DNA of 64,000 nt from Antedon mediterranea (taxonomy: Eukaryota; Animalia; Echinodermata). The stretch is taken from positions 24,304,001-24,368,000 of the forward strand of contig NC_092674.1 of the NCBI RefSeq assembly GCF_964355755.1. The letters are read 5' to 3'. The notes below the pieces were generated by a model. That model was not told where the DNA came from and ran no database searches. It was given only the letters and a program-made list of their open reading frames with translations. Below are positions 1 through 14,100 of this stretch, in pieces. The position numbers and the translations under genes were made by a program. The stretch's first letter is position 1, and each line of letters opens with the position of its first letter.

Positions 1-174
1 GCATGTTTTGGCCGTGGTCATTTAACGCCGGGACAACAATGATTTTCAAGGGTGGTGGCGGGGTTAGGGACATGGGGTTGGGGGCTGTGTTGTAATAGGG
101 AAGTCTCAAGCCAGCAGTAACCTCAAAATTGTAAATTATGTTAACCTAAATAAATATATTTGATAAATACTCAC

Positions 175-3100
175 TTCAAAAGTAAGTAGAGGTACTACTA
201 GAGTAGCTCGGGCAAACGCAGCCATCATGTGGGCCCGTCTCTGCTCTGGCATTGTCTCAGTAGCCCTAAAGATAAGTATGGACCATATAACATCTACCAT
301 ACACAGAAGACCCATTAAGATCCACATCGGTATAAAAACAATCTAAATAAAGCAAAAACAATTTAAAGCAAAAAACAAAAGCAGAACTTATTACCTCTAG
401 TTCCTGTCCCCAACTTAATCAAATATTGGAGCTTCATATTTTACTTTTTTTTACAGTATATTTACTATATTTATTATTTTTTTATTTTTTGTAAGTAATT
501 TGATTATGTACCACAACTTCAATGTTCAATCTTTCAAATTAAAAGTTACGATGTTTATTTACAATAAATTGTAGAATTGTTGTTTTTGTTATTGAGCACC
601 ATAAAAAAAATGTAAAAATAATCAAATAATAGTCTTAAAGTTAAACTAACACTTTTTATTTGGCCTAAATTAATATTTTAGAATATACTGTACAATAATA
701 CATCCTTTGTAAACAAATATTTGTTATAATATTTTATATTAATTTTTCTGTAATTATAAATCCATTGACTTACTGCCCAACTCCAAGTGATGAACATATC
801 AAGTTTTAATGAAATAAACACAAACTGAAGTATATTTATTGAACAAATGGTCTCAAACTGAAAAACAAGACACAAAATTATATATAAATATTACAGTTTG
901 TTTGTTCTCTTGATATCAATGAATGATAAAATAAGAAAGCAAATAATTTGGTTTAAAATACAGAAATACAAAACCTGTGTATTATTAAAAAAAAAACAAA
1001 AAAAAAAACCCCAAAAATAAAAAAAGAACATGGCCACTTTTTAGTTCTGGCATATCTGGGTCCGTTCAGACTGACTTTACCCTGGTAAGTTGGTTTCATA
1101 GACAAATTATCGGTAATTATGGTGGATAAGTGTGGGTAAAAGAGAGGGCAACATTGATTAACTTTTTTGGGAAATTTCTTTCTTCAGAAATATTAGGAGT
1201 CTAAATGTTTTAATGTATGAAACTGGGAATTGTAGGCTATTAAAACTGAATTCAAGTTGACAATTTGTTCATTTTTAAAAAAATAATAAGTTGTACACAC
1301 ATTTTATGATTGGTCAGATGTTTGCCCTAATCTGATGTGATTGCACTTTGTACATATTTAGTCAGAGTCTCTGGTGGGACTCGGACCCACAACCTCCAGA
1401 TCACTAGCCTGGCGTTCATACACATAGACCACTGATCTTGCACTGATGGCTAGGGTTAGATTCACACCCAAGAAGGCAACAGGTACTGTCCCAACACAAT
1501 AACTGTTTTAAATAACTACCTGTACTGCAAAGTAGCTTTGCGTTAGGGAGTTAATTAATTGGTTAGATGTTATTTTAACATTTATATAGTATACCAAATT
1601 TTATCAGTGGCCAATGCATGGGAATTTAAATTAAAATTGTATGTAGCACCTTCTATGTTATAATAACTCAAAATATTCATGAAAAACGCCCTCTATGTTT
1701 ATTTTTTCGCTGAATTGAGTTTGGTTTTCCTGTACTACCTCAAACATAAAATACAAATAATCATAGGCATAGGCTCTTTATGCTGAAATTAATTAAATGT
1801 GAAGTACTAGGCTATTTTACCTCCCAAAACAGGCAAGTTAATTTCAAAATAATGTTTTTGTGAATATTTGTAATGGATGCGTGAGATTGAGAAATAGCTA
1901 TGTATGCGTGAGGCATAACAAATCGGTCCTCATGCATGAAACTCTCGCATTATGCGTGAGAGTTGGCAGGTATATACATGCAATATACTTTTCATTTTTT
2001 TTTCTGCATACCTCAAGACCCCTATCATGTTTAAAACCCCAGACACAAGCTGCTATTGATATAGGTGCCGTCATGAACAACGGCATAAAGACCACCAGCC
2101 AGACATTATGATGACTCTCAAGGTTGTCACAGGCAAGAACTTCAAAAATAAATAGGAGCGAGTGAAGCGCGACGCTGATAATGATTGCTTTCATGTCCAC
2201 GTAGCCTTCTCCTTCTATTCTGTAATTATAAATAGAGTGCATTTTAATGATGTAGTGTCTTATAAACATGTTAATAATAACAATGTCATTTTAATAAAGT
2301 TATTCATTATTGCTAAAAAAAAATTATTTTAATAATAAAAAACTCTTAAATTTAACCAAAAAGTAATTTACTTTACAGACAATGTGTTTCTGGTTAAATA
2401 GAGTTTTTAAATAATCGGTTTTATTATATTATATCATAATGACAATGACAATGACAACTTCTTTTATTTTCTTTGTAAATAAAGTAGATAAATAAACGAC
2501 AAAATTAACATTTATAATCACTTTTTTGATCACAAAATTGATTTAAACAAAGAAAAGGGGAAAATTCTTGAAGCAGATGCTTATAAAAGAAAAAAACCCA
2601 TTTAAATATAAAATTCATTAATAAATGTAAATCAGCTCAAAATTATAATTTATAGAAGTTTTCCAATAAATACATTTAAACTAAGCAAACAATTACATTT
2701 TTATTTTTGATTTATAAAAGAATGGGTTTACAAATTACTTTCTGAAATGAAATCAAATGCATAAGAATGGGATTACTAATTACTTTATCATATATTATAT
2801 AATTTTCTAATAGATGTTTTTTATACAATTTCCTAAATACATGAACATTTGTAGATACTAAAAATTAGACAAATGATCTGATATGAAATTTCCTACCCCA
2901 TTGAATCCTACAAGTGGCTTTTAAGAACATCTGTTCCCAGGGGCCAACAATCAATTCAGTCCAATGTGTATGCAGAAAATTGGAAATTCCCACTTCAGTT
3001 GAATTGTTTTATGTTTTATTTGTGTGTTTGCTTTGCAAGTGGTCAAAGGTCAACATTTCTCAAATGTGTATCGCGATTTTGCATTGCAGTTAATATTATT

Positions 3101-6100
3101 ATTAAATTACACTTTATTTAATTTGATAAAATAATAATTATTACAATTATTATGTTATTATACATTATTAATACTATAAAGTAGAGTCATAAGTCATATT
3201 TTAGTAAGTTAATAATTGTGTCAAGGTCAATATGGATTAGTTGCCAGAAACTGGGAATTCCCAGTTAATGGAAAGTTGAAAATAATAAGGTTAATTAAGT
3301 TTCACTGTCCGTTCTATCCTGGAATCAAATTTAGAAAGAAAGTAAACTTGAATGATGAAAAAAAAATAAAGTTACTACTAACTTCATGAAAATAATAACA
3401 CAGTAGAACCTCTATTAAGGGGACATCGTTGGTACACCATCAAGTTTTTCCCCTGAATAGGGATTGGCCACAGTATTATATATTTCCCCCTGCGTTCATT
3501 TAATGATAAAGTTACCCCTGAATAGGAATTGGCCGAAGTATTATATTTCCCCTGCGTTCATTTAATGAGAAAGTTCCCTCTGAATAGGGATTGAACATAG
3601 TATTATATATTTCCCCCTGCGTTCATTTAATGAGAAAGTTCCCCCTGAATAGGAATTGGCCGAAGTATTATATTTCCCCTGCGTTCATTTAATGAGAAAG
3701 TTCCCTCTGAATAGGGATTGAACATAGTATTATATATTTCCCCCTGCGTTCATTTAATGATAAAGTTACCCCTGAATAGGAATTGGCCCAAGTATTATAT
3801 TTCCCCTGCGTTCATTTAATGAGAAAGTTCCCTCTGAATAGGGATTGAACATAGTATTATATATTTCCCCCTGCGTTCATTTAATGAGAAAGTTCCCCCT
3901 GAATAGGAATTGGCCGAAGTATTATTTTTCCCCTGCGTTCATTTAATGAGAAAGTTCCCTCTGAATAGGAATTGGCCGAAGTATTATATTTCCCCTGCCT
4001 TCATTTAATGAGAAAGTTCCCTCTGAATAGGGATTGAACATAGTATTATATATTTCCCCCTGCGTTCATTTAATGAGAAAGTTCCCCCTGAATAGGAATT
4101 GGCCGAAGTATTATATTTCCCCTGCCTTCATTTAATGAGAAAGTTCCCTCTGAATAGGGATTGAACATACTATTATATATTTCCCTCTGCGTTCATTTAA
4201 TGAGAAAGTTCCCCCTGAATAGGAATTGGCCGAAGTATTATATTTCCCCTGCGTTCATTTAATGAGAAAGTTCCCTCTGAATAGGGATTGACTATAATAT
4301 ATTTTCCCTGCGTTCATTTAATGAGAAAGTTCCCCCGTATTGTCACCTGAATAAGGTTTCCTAAAGAGGGGGCTTTACTTTAATTTTAATATTGATATAA
4401 TATAAACATTTTTATACGGTCAATGAACAAAGGAGTGAAACACACAAATTATTTATTTACAGACTGTATATACAGCCTTCTTATATAATTGCACTCTTTT
4501 CAATATTCTTTTTTTTTCTTATTATGTGGGTACCTCATTTTTTAAATGTATTTTTGCAGATCATAGCTGCTTACCCTGTCTAGGTCTGTAGAGCTGTTTT
4601 TATTTTAATCTATTTGTAGTCTTACCAGAAAACTAGCTCTTTGGGAATTTCCGGATTTCTGCAAAACGTCATTAATATTATCCGGCTCAGTGATTTATTA
4701 TTCTAATCGACTAGTTTTTATGCTGTACATTAAATAAAAATAAAAACATTTAAAAAATTAAATAAATAAACTAGAAAAAAAAACCATTTATGTATAAAAG
4801 TACCTTGTTATTAGTTATTTTTTAAATCCAATATGCAATGATGGCACAATATCCATACAAACATAATCAAACTTAACGTTTTTCAATGACCCAACATCAT
4901 CGAGCAAGTAATGAAAATAAAATAATTATGAATGAAACTTGACATTTGCATCTGAAACAAAATGCCAGTCATATGAAACCTAAACTTGGAAAGACTATCA
5001 GTAAAAAATGTCTAAATAATGAATATAAACATTTATTAACATTTTTGGCTTGAGGAAACTGTATAATTTTTTAAAAAATGAAATGGTTGAAATACCAACC
5101 ACTAACACTAACAAGCACAAATGTGCGATACTCGGGGTACAGCAAAAGACGGGATGTAACTTCACATACACATCAATAACCTTGCTACCAAATACGGCTA
5201 TATTCCGAAAAGTTATGTCACATAACCACAAATGGCATAATTACGGTAAATTATGAAATTATGATTTTTTTGCTATTCCAGGGAGCAGAAATGACGTCAC
5301 AATATCATAAATAGGTTTTACTGTATATATTCTTATTCTCCAAGTCAAGACCTTTGAAATGTCACCAAACACGGCTATATTACGACGAAAATCGTTTGGC
5401 ACCAAGATACCATCTTCGAGACATCATATGGCTGCATCCGGTTTAAAATTAAATAATGCGGCTCTATAGCTTTGAGGACTGTCCCTGTAGTATACCCATG
5501 CCAAATCCCAGCTCAATACTACAACGAATAAGGAGTTGTACTTTATAAATCGCACTTTTTTCGATTGGTACCATGTTCATGACGTCATAATTCTGCATCC
5601 GGTTGAAGTACGAACATTTTCTTTCTATAACTTGTTCACCTATTAATTACCCTAGTACAGTATATGCATGCCATGTTTCAGAGCCGTCAGACGACGTGTA
5701 AGGAACTAGTAGGACTTGAAAGTTGGCTCAATAGACAATAGTGTCCAGATGGAAGAAGAAGAAGAGGGGAAGATGAGTGTGTCCTAGACTCGGGTACCCA
5801 CAGTAAAAATTACTTAAAACTAAAAAAGTGTTCATAGCATCATACATACAGTTAGTTGCATTACTCAATGTTACTGAAGTTACGTACCGATATTCCGGAT
5901 GTCTCCACCATACAAGGCCAGCAATTGTGGCACCGGAAAAAACTAAACATTTCCAGATCCACAACGGAAGAAACACTAACCACCAACTGCAGGTAATATA
6001 GCCGTCTCCCTTCAGCGCAAATAATATGGTGAACAATAACAGTGATAAATATATAACAAAATTCCTGCAAAGAGAAAAATCAACTTTTTGAATATGGGCC

Positions 6101-6554
6101 TCCTTCCTAGGCTAGACCTAATTGAAAAGAAAAATTATTTGGAAAAGTGTGCCATATATCCATCCAACTACTATATAGTGAACCAACCATGCTATGTTGG
6201 TATTCCAACGAAAAACAAAAATTTAAATTTCTTTATTGTCAACATCAATGTTAATAAATAATACAAATTAAATATGAAATGATTTGATAAATTAAAAGAC
6301 ACAAATAAATGAAGTAGGTTATAGTTAAGTAAATTGTTGTTTAACCCTGGATATATATGCATAAAGTAGTACTAGTAGTAGTAAGGTATAATTAGCTATG
6401 CCTAGATTGCTTACTACTTTTAGTTTTGAAAAAATGATTAAAATTGAAAACTAAAAGCTAGGGCTAGGTAGGCCTCTCTAAGCTACGAAAAGAAGCGAAA
6501 TACAACGTTAGCTCACCCAGGATTAAAGTCTTGAAACAGGTTTTTGAGATTCAT
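175..6554 (-). CDS. TMEM185: Transmembrane protein 185 (TMEM185A/B family), first 5 coding exons; gene continues off the left edge
   Basis: Exons 6554-6517, 6064-5888, 2219-2012, 857-774, 342-175, all GT-AG and phase-consistent (675 nt). Translation MNLKNLFQDFNPGNFVIYLSLLLFTILFALKGDGYITCSWWLVFLPLWIWK...PEYRIEGEGYVDMKAIII...[34 protein letters not shown]...EQRRAH...VVPLLTFE matches the remembered vertebrate TMEM185 sequence (MNLRGLFQDFNPSK...[22 protein letters not shown]...). Confidence 0.95.
1360..1445 (-). mobile_element. Degenerate tRNA-derived SINE head fragment
   Basis: Minus strand reads CAGTGGTCTATGTGTATG...GGAGGTTGTGGGTCCGAGTCCCACC, resembling Pol III A-box and B-box/T-arm. No full cloverleaf is visible. 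Confidence 0.35.
3401..4379. repeat. ~60-63 bp minisatellite (about 14 units) inside a CAGTAGAACC-terminated MITE
   Basis: Unit ccctgaatagg(aattggccgaag or gattgaacatag)tattatatttcccctgcgttcatttaatgagaaagtt repeated over ~3450-4335. Left end is CAGTAGAACCTCTATTAAGGGGACA and the imperfect inverse CCTAAAGAGGGGGCTTTACT lies at 4360-4379. Confidence 0.9.
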
Positions 6555-6920
6555 TTTTCAGGGGCTTCAGCCTACGGTAAAGGAAACATAAAATGTACGC
6601 CAAAAGACCATTAACTGTCGTTATAAACACTTTGCTGAATGTATTAATATGATAAGGGTATCCATGAGCACCTTTATTGCTGTGTGCCGACACCTTAAAA
6701 AGTGGTTTGTCAGAACTTTTATCTCTCCTTTTGTTGATATTTACAAAAAAAAATCGCATGCATGAATTGTTTTTTGACAACCAATCACACACCACGTTTT
6801 TTTGCAAATGGACTCTGCGGGCGGGCTTTGCCTTTAAACTTTGTTTATACTTAATCAAAGATAGTGACTGTCACCTTTTTTATAAATAAATTATAAAACT
6901 TGCTGGTGGTTGTTGATGGT
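6555..6920. promoter_or_regulatory. Candidate bidirectional promoter between TMEM185 and the ACSF2-like gene
   Basis: Genes diverge here. CCAATCA at 6781, GC-box-like GCGGGCGGGC at ~6817, and a plus-strand donor ATG|GTGAGG at 6918/6919 that could end a first ACSF2 exon. Confidence 0.5.
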
Positions 6921-6989
6921 GAGGGAAGGCTTTTTAGGCTTTATATTATTTTATTTTGCATGCCACTGAATCGATCCGCATAATTTACT

Positions 6990-7205
6990 ACACTACCTAG
7001 CCTAGGCTAGGCCTACTCTACTAACTACTAGCTAGCCTACCCTAGCCTACTAGTAGTAGTAGGCCTTAGCTGCTAGGCCTAGGCCTAGTTATTGATAAGT
7101 AAGCAGAAGGGCTAGGCTAGCTAGGCCTCTAGCCTAGGCCTAGGCCTGGCCCGGCCTAGGCCTAGCTAGGGCCTCTACTCTAGTAAGCCTACTAGCCTAG
7201 GCCTA
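6990..7205. repeat. Low-complexity tract built from CTAG/AGGCCT/CCTAGG palindromes
   Basis: Dense runs such as cctagcctaggctaggcctac and ctaggcctaggcctag. Confidence 0.8.
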
Positions 7206-7206
7206 A

Positions 7207-7770
7207 CGGTGTCTGATCATTTCGGCCGCCGGTCATTTCGGCCGCCTGTTATGGAACGCCTAAAAAGACAAAATATGTATTGTTCATTTCGGCCGCCAGA
7301 ATCGTCAATATTGTTAATAACGTATGGCACGCCTTAATTGTCAAAAAGGGTGTATACAAGTGATGTGCCTATCGCCTGAATAGATGTGTGTAAATCACAC
7401 AGCCGATTTATGACTTATCTATAGAGGAGGGATTAGTTTAGTAATAGTAGTAGTTTTAACTAAAGTATTTCTACACGACTTACTTTATTTCACAGTGGTT
7501 GTTGTGGGGGGAGTGGTTGAAGGGCTCGGTCAGGAAGAAGCCGGCGAATGATAGTAAAATATTGATATCGCAACTCCATGCAAATCAAAAAGTATGATCG
7601 TTTTTGTTGTTTGCTTGCTGTTTGAATACGCACGTCTATTCAGGCCATAGGCACATGGATACACCATTTTTTAAGGCGCGCCATACATTAACAACATTGA
7701 CGATTCCGGCGGCTGAAATGGACAACATATATTTTGTTCTTTTTGGCGTTTCATAACCGGCGGCCAAAAA
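7207..7770. mobile_element. Foldback/MITE-like element with ~100-bp imperfect inverted repeats
   Basis: ~7240-7337 (ggccgcc..ttatggaacgcctaaaaagacaaaatatg...aatcgtcaatattgttaat...tatggcacgccttaa) is the reverse complement of ~7671-7767. Confidence 0.7.
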
Positions 7771-8166
7771 GGATGAAAATAAGATGCCATTTCATATTAT
7801 ATTTCACTTATTAAACAATAAATTCAACATTCCGTTCACGATTTTTAAATTAACATACATGATGTCCTGAAATTCTCTGAAAATGCTGTTATTTTTATCT
7901 GTTCTCTAGCACGAAAATCATCTTTGGACGAGCTAGTTATTTTTAGCTAGCTAGTGAACTAGATAGAAAGGCTTTCTGAGCTGAGTTTCTTATAGCTCAA
8001 GTACAGCCTAGCCTGTAACTAGCTAGCAGAGGGTTTCCGATTTTGAATCGGTTCTGGGGCCGCTTTTTCTCTTTCTCTTTATCATTTTAAGATTAATTAA
8101 TTTATAGTACATTATTAATGCCTGTAATTTATTTTTATCATCATTTTGCAATTTTTACAGCATAAA

Positions 8167-11100
8167 ATGGCAAATGGACAGACGAAGAGCTACTTTCATC
8201 AACCAGGCATCAAGCCCTTCATTGGCCTGACTATGCACAAGTTACTGGAAGACAGGGTCAAAGAGCATCCTGACAGAGAAATGCATGTCTTTGTCACTGA
8301 CAATGAAACACTTACATTTGCTGAGTACAAGACAAAGGTGCTTTATATAATCACTGCAGAATTAAAACTTTTTATTCATTGTGCTGTTTTTCTGGGTCAT
8401 GCTAATTTTCGCCCGAGTAGGCCTGTCATTGCCCTGTATTGCCCGGTAGGGTTTTATGATATACAATGTTATCAAGTACATGCTAACATAATATATAATA
8501 TGATATTTGATTAATTTAATTGTATGTTTTATACATGTCTTAAAGTAAAAACTGTCCATGGTCCACTGACCATGCAAAATCATTGTTCACTCCCATTTAA
8601 AGGGGAAAAACCAATCATAAGCATTCATTTTATTTTACAGTACAACTGTCATTTTTTCAGGTTGTAAAGCTAGCTGCTGGGCTCTTGCACTATGGTCTTT
8701 GTAGAGGTGATTGTGTTGCCATTGTGGGTGCTAATCACATGGAGTGGCCTCTGGTTTTCGGTGCTACAAGAGCTTTGGGAATTGTTACAGTAAGTTTAAT
8801 GATTGATGGCAGGTTCACAAATTGTCTAAGCCTACACAAGATCTGTCTAAACTATCAAACTTTATGTGACAAAAAAATGTGATGTGCCCATATATGGACA
8901 TGAGGATGTCATATTACTACCATATATGGGTATATCACTACCGTATTTGGGCACATCACACTTTTTTGTCAAACTAGTTTGATAGTGTAGACAGAGCTTT
9001 AGTGTTTAGCCTTTTTAGAAATATTGACCATTTGAATGCGTTTACGGTTCAGCGCGAGTACGATAAACAAACAGTAGGTTGTTTCGTATTATTGAACTAA
9101 GAATGATCATTGTGACATCTAATGAAATTATGAACGAAGCCTGGTCTAGCTATAATAATTAATTAATATATGTATGATGTATGAATAATATTAAAATAAA
9201 AATATTGGCTGGCGCTGTTGGCAGAATACTGCCCCAGAGCCCACTATATTCCCTTCTCTCATAACTAGTCAATATCTTTCAAGCTCTGTCTACACTATCA
9301 AAGTTTATGTGACAAAAAAATGTGATGTGCCCCTATATGGACATGATGATGTTATTATAACTATCATATTTAAGCATATCACTACTAAATTTTGGGCACA
9401 TCACACTTTTCATAGTGATGATGGAACCAATTGTTCCTATTTGAATACTACAATAATGCGAACAGACACCAAGACCTACAAAATATTTAAATTTGTGTGT
9501 GAATGTGCTGATACCTAATATTGATCAAATCACATAAAATATATTGTCTTGCAGGTGTGTTTATTATTATATAATACTTTTCTTACAGGTGTGTTTACAG
9601 TATGGACACCCTATTGAATCATTGAAACTTGTTTTAGTTAAGGTCAGTTGGTAATATTGGGGAGTTTTCACAGAAGCATTTAGACATTAACTTTAATGGA
9701 TGACATCAACTTTCTAATTTGCATAACACCGTAGTTCAGTCAACAGTTGTGCAACAAACATTTTTTTATTTTCCTTGACGGGAAGTGTAGAACGCAGCGC
9801 ATGTGTCGTTCACACATACCCGAACATATATTATTATATTAGATTCCTGCAACACTTCCTATCTGCCATTGTGACAGCCAGTTCCTCTGCTTCCAACTCC
9901 AATATATCAATGATAGATTTGTTGGGTGGACCTTGCGCATTGCATGTTGAAAAATAGCATTAAAGTTAACTTTTACGTGCTCCTGCAAAAACTCAATTTT
10001 AATAAGTAGCTTCTTATCTCGATTTGCATTCTGATTTTACTGTGATAGGGACACCATTTTCAAGGGACGTTTTTCCGTGAAAACAGACAAATTTGCATTG
10101 ATTTTTTTATTTATTAAGTAGTCTTATATGTGAATGTTTTATTTTATAGACATCTGCTAAACTGCTCATCTTAGCCAGAAGTCCAGAAACATTATATGCA
10201 CAGGCTTGTAAAATAATACCAGAGTTAAACTCCAGCACTCCTGGTGAACTTAAATCCACAAAGTAAGTACACTTTTTAAACAAATATTTACTTTCTTAAT
10301 TTGTTAACACAGTAGAACCCTTTTTTCGGTGAATAAAAATAGTTTACTGTTAAATATAACTTTTGTTTTATTTCTCGTTTATATATAGTATTCCAACATT
10401 GCGGATGGTTGTAGGAGTTGGTGCCAACCATCAAAGGTTTGTACTATTAAGCTCTACACTATCCAACTACAGTAGTGTGATGTGCCCAAATATGGTAGTG
10501 ATATGCCCAAATAAGGTAGTGATATGCCCAAATAAAGTAGTGATATGCCCAAATAAAGTAGTGATATGACATCATCATGTCTATACTATATGGGCACATG
10601 ACATTTTTTTGTCACATAGTCACATTTGATAGTGTAGACAAGGCTTTATTAAAGACACCTTCCCTACGTTTTTTTTATCTATTTTAAGATCACAAACTAT
10701 ATTTAATGTAAAAATAATACTATATGGTCCTATTGCGATAACTTTTTTTGCTTTTAAATGATTAAAAATGTCAAAAATAAGTTGATTCTAATAATTATAG
10801 CGGCCCGCTATAAATCCCAAAATGCAATGCGCGCGGATTGATATTTCTGTTTTTCTTCTGTAATTCGCCCACTTTTTGATCGATCGTGAGGCCAAAACAA
10901 ATGGAAGACTCCTAACTTTTCAGCGAAAATACCGGGTTTTCCCTAATTTGTATCAACGGAGTCTGGCAAAAATAGGAAGACAATTAATGCAGCAACTATA
11001 CAACATCAGGCTAGGTATATAGCTAGCGTACGATGTTCTTACGTTACCGATGTTTACCAGCTAGGCCTACAAAGCAAAGCCTAGCTAGGCTAGGCCTAAA

Positions 11101-14100
11101 GACCGTCCACAAGAGGTCAGTTGCCGCGAGCTACTTAAGTAGTGCATTGTTTCTCACTTTTTATCATAATTTACTATAAAACGTACAAGGAATGGTAATA
11201 TATATGTATTATTTTTACAAAACGTCACAAATTGTAGGGAAGGTGTCTTTAACAAATCAATGTACTCTGTTTCTATTTTAGTGGTACTTTGAATTTTGAA
11301 GATATAGCTATCTCAGGATACGATAGCGAAGTGTCGAAAGCTAGTAAACATGTTACCATTGATGATACCAGTCATATCTACATGACCTCTGTGAGTATTT
11401 TTGTTACCTTTTTATTATGCTTTCTGGTAACAAATTTTTAGATATGGGAAATTTATTTAATACAGACAGCAGGCATCGTGATACATATGTTATGTCAGTT
11501 GTGAGGAGGATGGGAATGGGCATAGGTATAAAACCAATACTATTATCATGTTAAAACTATATTGAAAATATGAATATAAGTAATATATATATTAAAACAT
11601 TCAGAATTAAATAAATGGTACAGTGTGTAAATAGAAATTCAATATTATAGTCCTAACCCAACCCTACCCCCACACCCCCTTTAAAAAAACAAGACTGCAG
11701 TATACTTCTCTATAGCATTTCAATAGGTGTTTTAAAATAGGCACTAATGGGTAACTGAAATAATACAAATTAACATTTAACGCTGTTGAAATATGAATTA
11801 TTCATTAATAATATATTTAATCTTTTTTAAGGGTACAACTGGAATGCCTAAATTAAGTTATACTACTCAGTTCAAAGCACTAAATGAAACGAATTTTAAA
11901 TGTGATGACTTCAACCATAATGAGGTTAGATGATAAATATTATATACTGTATATTATATTATATTTGTGCAATGGAGCAAATAATTTCATTCAATGAAAG
12001 ATGAAATGTTCTATTTTCACCTCATGAAATTATTGTTACCATTGCACTCATAAACATTCCTTATTCATATAATAAATTTATTTGTTAACACTTTGACTGC
12101 CGGAGGTTTTTCCATTTAGAAACTGCCACCGCCAGCGTTTTTAGCCAATTTTGATGTTTTTATTAAAGCTGATTGAAACTATGTATGTGATCTGATGTAA
12201 TTTAGACTAATCATAACGATTTTAGCTTTACAATGGTACGAAGAACGATTTTCAAATCACAATATGTAAATCGTAATAGTAAAATGCTGTAAAAATAACC
12301 CATTTTTTTAGTTTTTCATAGTTTCGCGCAAGAAAGTCAAGATATTCGCGATGACAAAATGACACCATTATTTTTGATTCAGAACAAACAAACATGCCAA
12401 TCTACAAAAACCTTTGTAATGCTTCGGCGGCCTAGCTAGCGAGGTCGATACACGACGCGGCAAGCCATTGTTCTAAGCGATACTGTGATGCGCGGGGGTA
12501 TGTTAATGTTTCGACTGCTACCGTTTTGACAGTCGTTTGTTACCAGATTAGTTACTTTAAAATAGTAAAATATGTACGGTCCAGACCGAATATAGTGTCC
12601 ATATTTATAGTATATACCAATAATTAACCTATCTACCGGATTTCGTTAAAACAAACGCGAAACACGGAGATCTCTGTGTTTGGCAGTCAAGTGTTGTGTT
12701 TCCAAACACGAAGATCTCCGTGTTTGGCAGTCAAAGTGTTAATGTGAGCAAAATGAAACAATTATTACTACACACTACTACTACACTATCAAACTTTATA
12801 CGAACAAAAAATGTGATGTGCTCATATATGGACATGATGATGTCATATCACTACCATATTTGGGTACATCACACTTTTTTGTCAAACTTGTTTGATAGTG
12901 TAGACAGAGCCTTATAGACAATTACTCTACCTTTTTTGGAAACCTTTTTGTTCCTACAACATTAAGCTACAACAGCAATTATTTTTCGTTTTTTTAAGGT
13001 AAACCGCATTGCTTGTCTATGCCCTGTGGGATACATTGCAGGGTACCGTATGAGTCAGGTAGCTCCTCTTGTTCTTGGGGCAACATCCGTCTATCCATTT
13101 CCTACATATTCATTTGAAGTATTTTTACAGGCAGCTCAAGATAAAAAGTGCATCATGGTTTAGTATATAACCAATATATCCAGTATATATATATATAATA
13201 TAACCAATTTACTATATCTATTTTGAGGCTTGGAAACATATTAATAATACATTCATCATAGTTCATTTGTATACAGTTAATAAACAAAACCTTGAAATTT
13301 TATTGGTTTATTTCATATCACATGCCGTTCAGTATTAGTTCTACTGCATGGTTATGGTCTATTTAAATAAATGGTCCTATTTAATGGTCCAATACTACTG
13401 TAGTTCTATGTTCTGGTTCTTCTTCTTTACTGGGTCTATTTACTGGGTCTATTTTCTGGTTCTATTTTACAGGTTCTGTTTAATATTTCAAGTTTCAAGT
13501 TTATTGTTTCATATAATACAATATGAACAGAAACATAAATTAATAAATACAATTGTGTGAGGAGGACGCATTAAGCCAAGGCTTTAAGTTTGGTCCTCCA
13601 GATAAGTAATATATTTAATTATTTAATATTTCTGTTTACTGTTCTATTAATTGGTTATATTTACTGGTTCTATTTACTGGTTCTATTTCTGGTTTTATTT
13701 ACTGGTTATATTTACATCAATGTTTTATTTTGGTTGTTTATATTTATGCAATGGAGCAAATAATTTCATTCTGTGAAAGATGTGATACAGTGTGGGATGA
13801 AGTGACTCGCCCGATGACGTCAGTATCCATGGCAGGCCTGATTACCTTTTCTTTTGTGTATCTTTTATTTTTATTTGATGTTGTGTATCTTGTGTTTCTT
13901 GCATTTTTTATTTAGGATTTGTAAAAAGCTCCATATAAATGAAAAAGAAAAAAAACCAAACATTATTTTGTTTTATATAACATCTAAATAGATTCCTGTC
14001 AATTGAATCAAACAAAAGGCTCATGTACATTTGATTCACATTGATTAAAACAGTAACATTTGGTTTTTAATAATATTATTATATGTATATGGATTCTATA

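Noticed and set aside
3450-4335. Regular repeats with alternating variable segments resembling a CRISPR array
   Set aside because: The 'spacers' are just two recurring variants rather than unique sequences, the context is a eukaryotic intron, and there are no cas genes.
5240-5790. CpG-richer intronic block (and a similar one at ~22750-23170) that looks like a repeat element
   Set aside because: Probably repetitive, but no termini, TSD or second copy could be defined within the window.
6523-6889. Short ORFs across the promoter region, and many other 60-120 aa ORFs in the track
   Set aside because: They are either exon fragments extended into introns, MITE-derived, or chance ORFs with non-ATG starts.
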